Shown one piece after another: positions 63,048 through 64,000 of a stretch of 64,000 bases of DNA (position 1 is its first letter; every line of letters begins with the position of its first letter). Source of the DNA: Leucoraja ocellata (lineage: Eukaryota); NCBI GenBank assembly GCA_036785375.1, contig JAWMAR010000214.1, positions 1,612,001-1,676,000 on the forward strand. Reading direction: 5' to 3'. The notes under the pieces are model-generated. The model was not told the DNA's origin, did no database searches, and saw only the letters and a program-made list of their open reading frames with translations. Position numbers and translations under genes: made by a program.

Positions 63048-63109
63048 ATGAACAGCACAAGCAGTTGTTTACCCTGCATTTGCACTGGAAAATGCAACGA
63101 TTACTGCAG
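63048..63109 (+). CDS. Candidate further phase-2 first exon (MNSTSSCLPCICTGKCNDYC + AG)
   Basis: First ATG after an in-frame stop, 20 codons + AG, donor CAG|GTTTGA, in unique sequence. The phase matches the other two exons. I do not recognise the peptide. Confidence 0.25.
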
Positions 63110-64000
63110 GTTTGAGTGCACATACTATTGTAAGTAATACCTATTCATCCGCTACAGAGGAACAGAGAAGAAAACAGTATCTATTTATCCACCAAACAGC
63201 GCAGTACTTATCCTCTGATACTATGCACTTCCATAATTTTCTGATCTTATTTTGGATTTCGAGCTTTGCTTGTTTTAATTTTAGCTCCATTCTTTTTATC
63301 ATATAGAAACATGTATTATTGAATAGTGATAAACATGATGTTCTATCTGTATCCGTATGCATGTTCATAAAGTGGTCATATTGGACAGGATTGCCATGTG
63401 GTATGCCTGCTTTGCAACAATATAACATTATCACAGTCTTGAACATTCATTCAGTCCATTATTTTAAAATCATAACCGGGAAATACTGTATTGTGAAAAA
63501 AATTATCTTTGAATATATGTCTAATTTTGAAGATGGTGGAAATTTACGACAAAATTGTAATTTTCATCAAGATCGTTGAAAGACTGACTTGCTCTTGGAA
63601 GAAAAACTTGTTATTTTCAACTCTTAAAGGAAGTGAACCTAATTAGCTTTGCAAAAGTCATGGTGCAATATTGTTTTGAATGAAAAAAATATCATAATTT
63701 TCTATTAGCAAATTCTATTTCTATTTTCCTAGTAACAGATCATATGTGATTATGCAGATTATTTACCGTCTACCCAAATTAGCTACATCAGATCAGTGAT
63801 ACATACTATGGAAGCATCAAGGATGCAATATGAGTAATACTCCAACCTCAGGTTTACTGTGCCCGAGCATGGAGAAGTTCAAATATTACAGTGAAAATAT
63901 GATCTGCATGTTAAATGCACTTGATGAAGACTTCAAGAGCATCTGAAACTACAGAGATAAGCAGGAAAGCATCATTTGAAAGCAATATTAGCATTTGATC

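Overview
Eukaryotic (vertebrate) genomic DNA, very probably elasmobranch (skate, ray or shark). That call is inferred from its repeats: HE1-type V-SINEs, CR1/HER1 LINEs, Rex1/Babar LINEs and Penelope-like elements. The window looks like the 5' intronic region of a + strand gene. Two short ATG-initiated coding exons both end AG|GTAAGA in phase 2: 17991-18067 (MLKLKAFCLDYWQFLCLHPIHGFYK) and 37034-37080 (MWNLMWKYCISVRTI). I recognise them from memory as alternative first exons of IQSEC1/BRAG2 (ARF-GEF); this was not checked against a database. No shared downstream exon lies in the window. Most of the ORF track is retroelement debris or spurious. Elements whose boundaries I could read: a complete non-autonomous Helitron, three Harbinger-like MITEs with a shared terminal motif, two composite hAT-like elements filled with retroelement fragments (8-bp and 5-bp TSDs), a TIR element with a 7-bp TSD, a solo LTR, an L1 with a long TSD, and many Penelope-derived repeats carrying minimal hammerhead-ribozyme motifs. 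I found no convincing new multi-gene system. The best leads are the ribozyme-bearing palindromes, the cargo-carrying hATs and extra candidate phase-2 first exons. Coordinates of decayed repeats are approximate.
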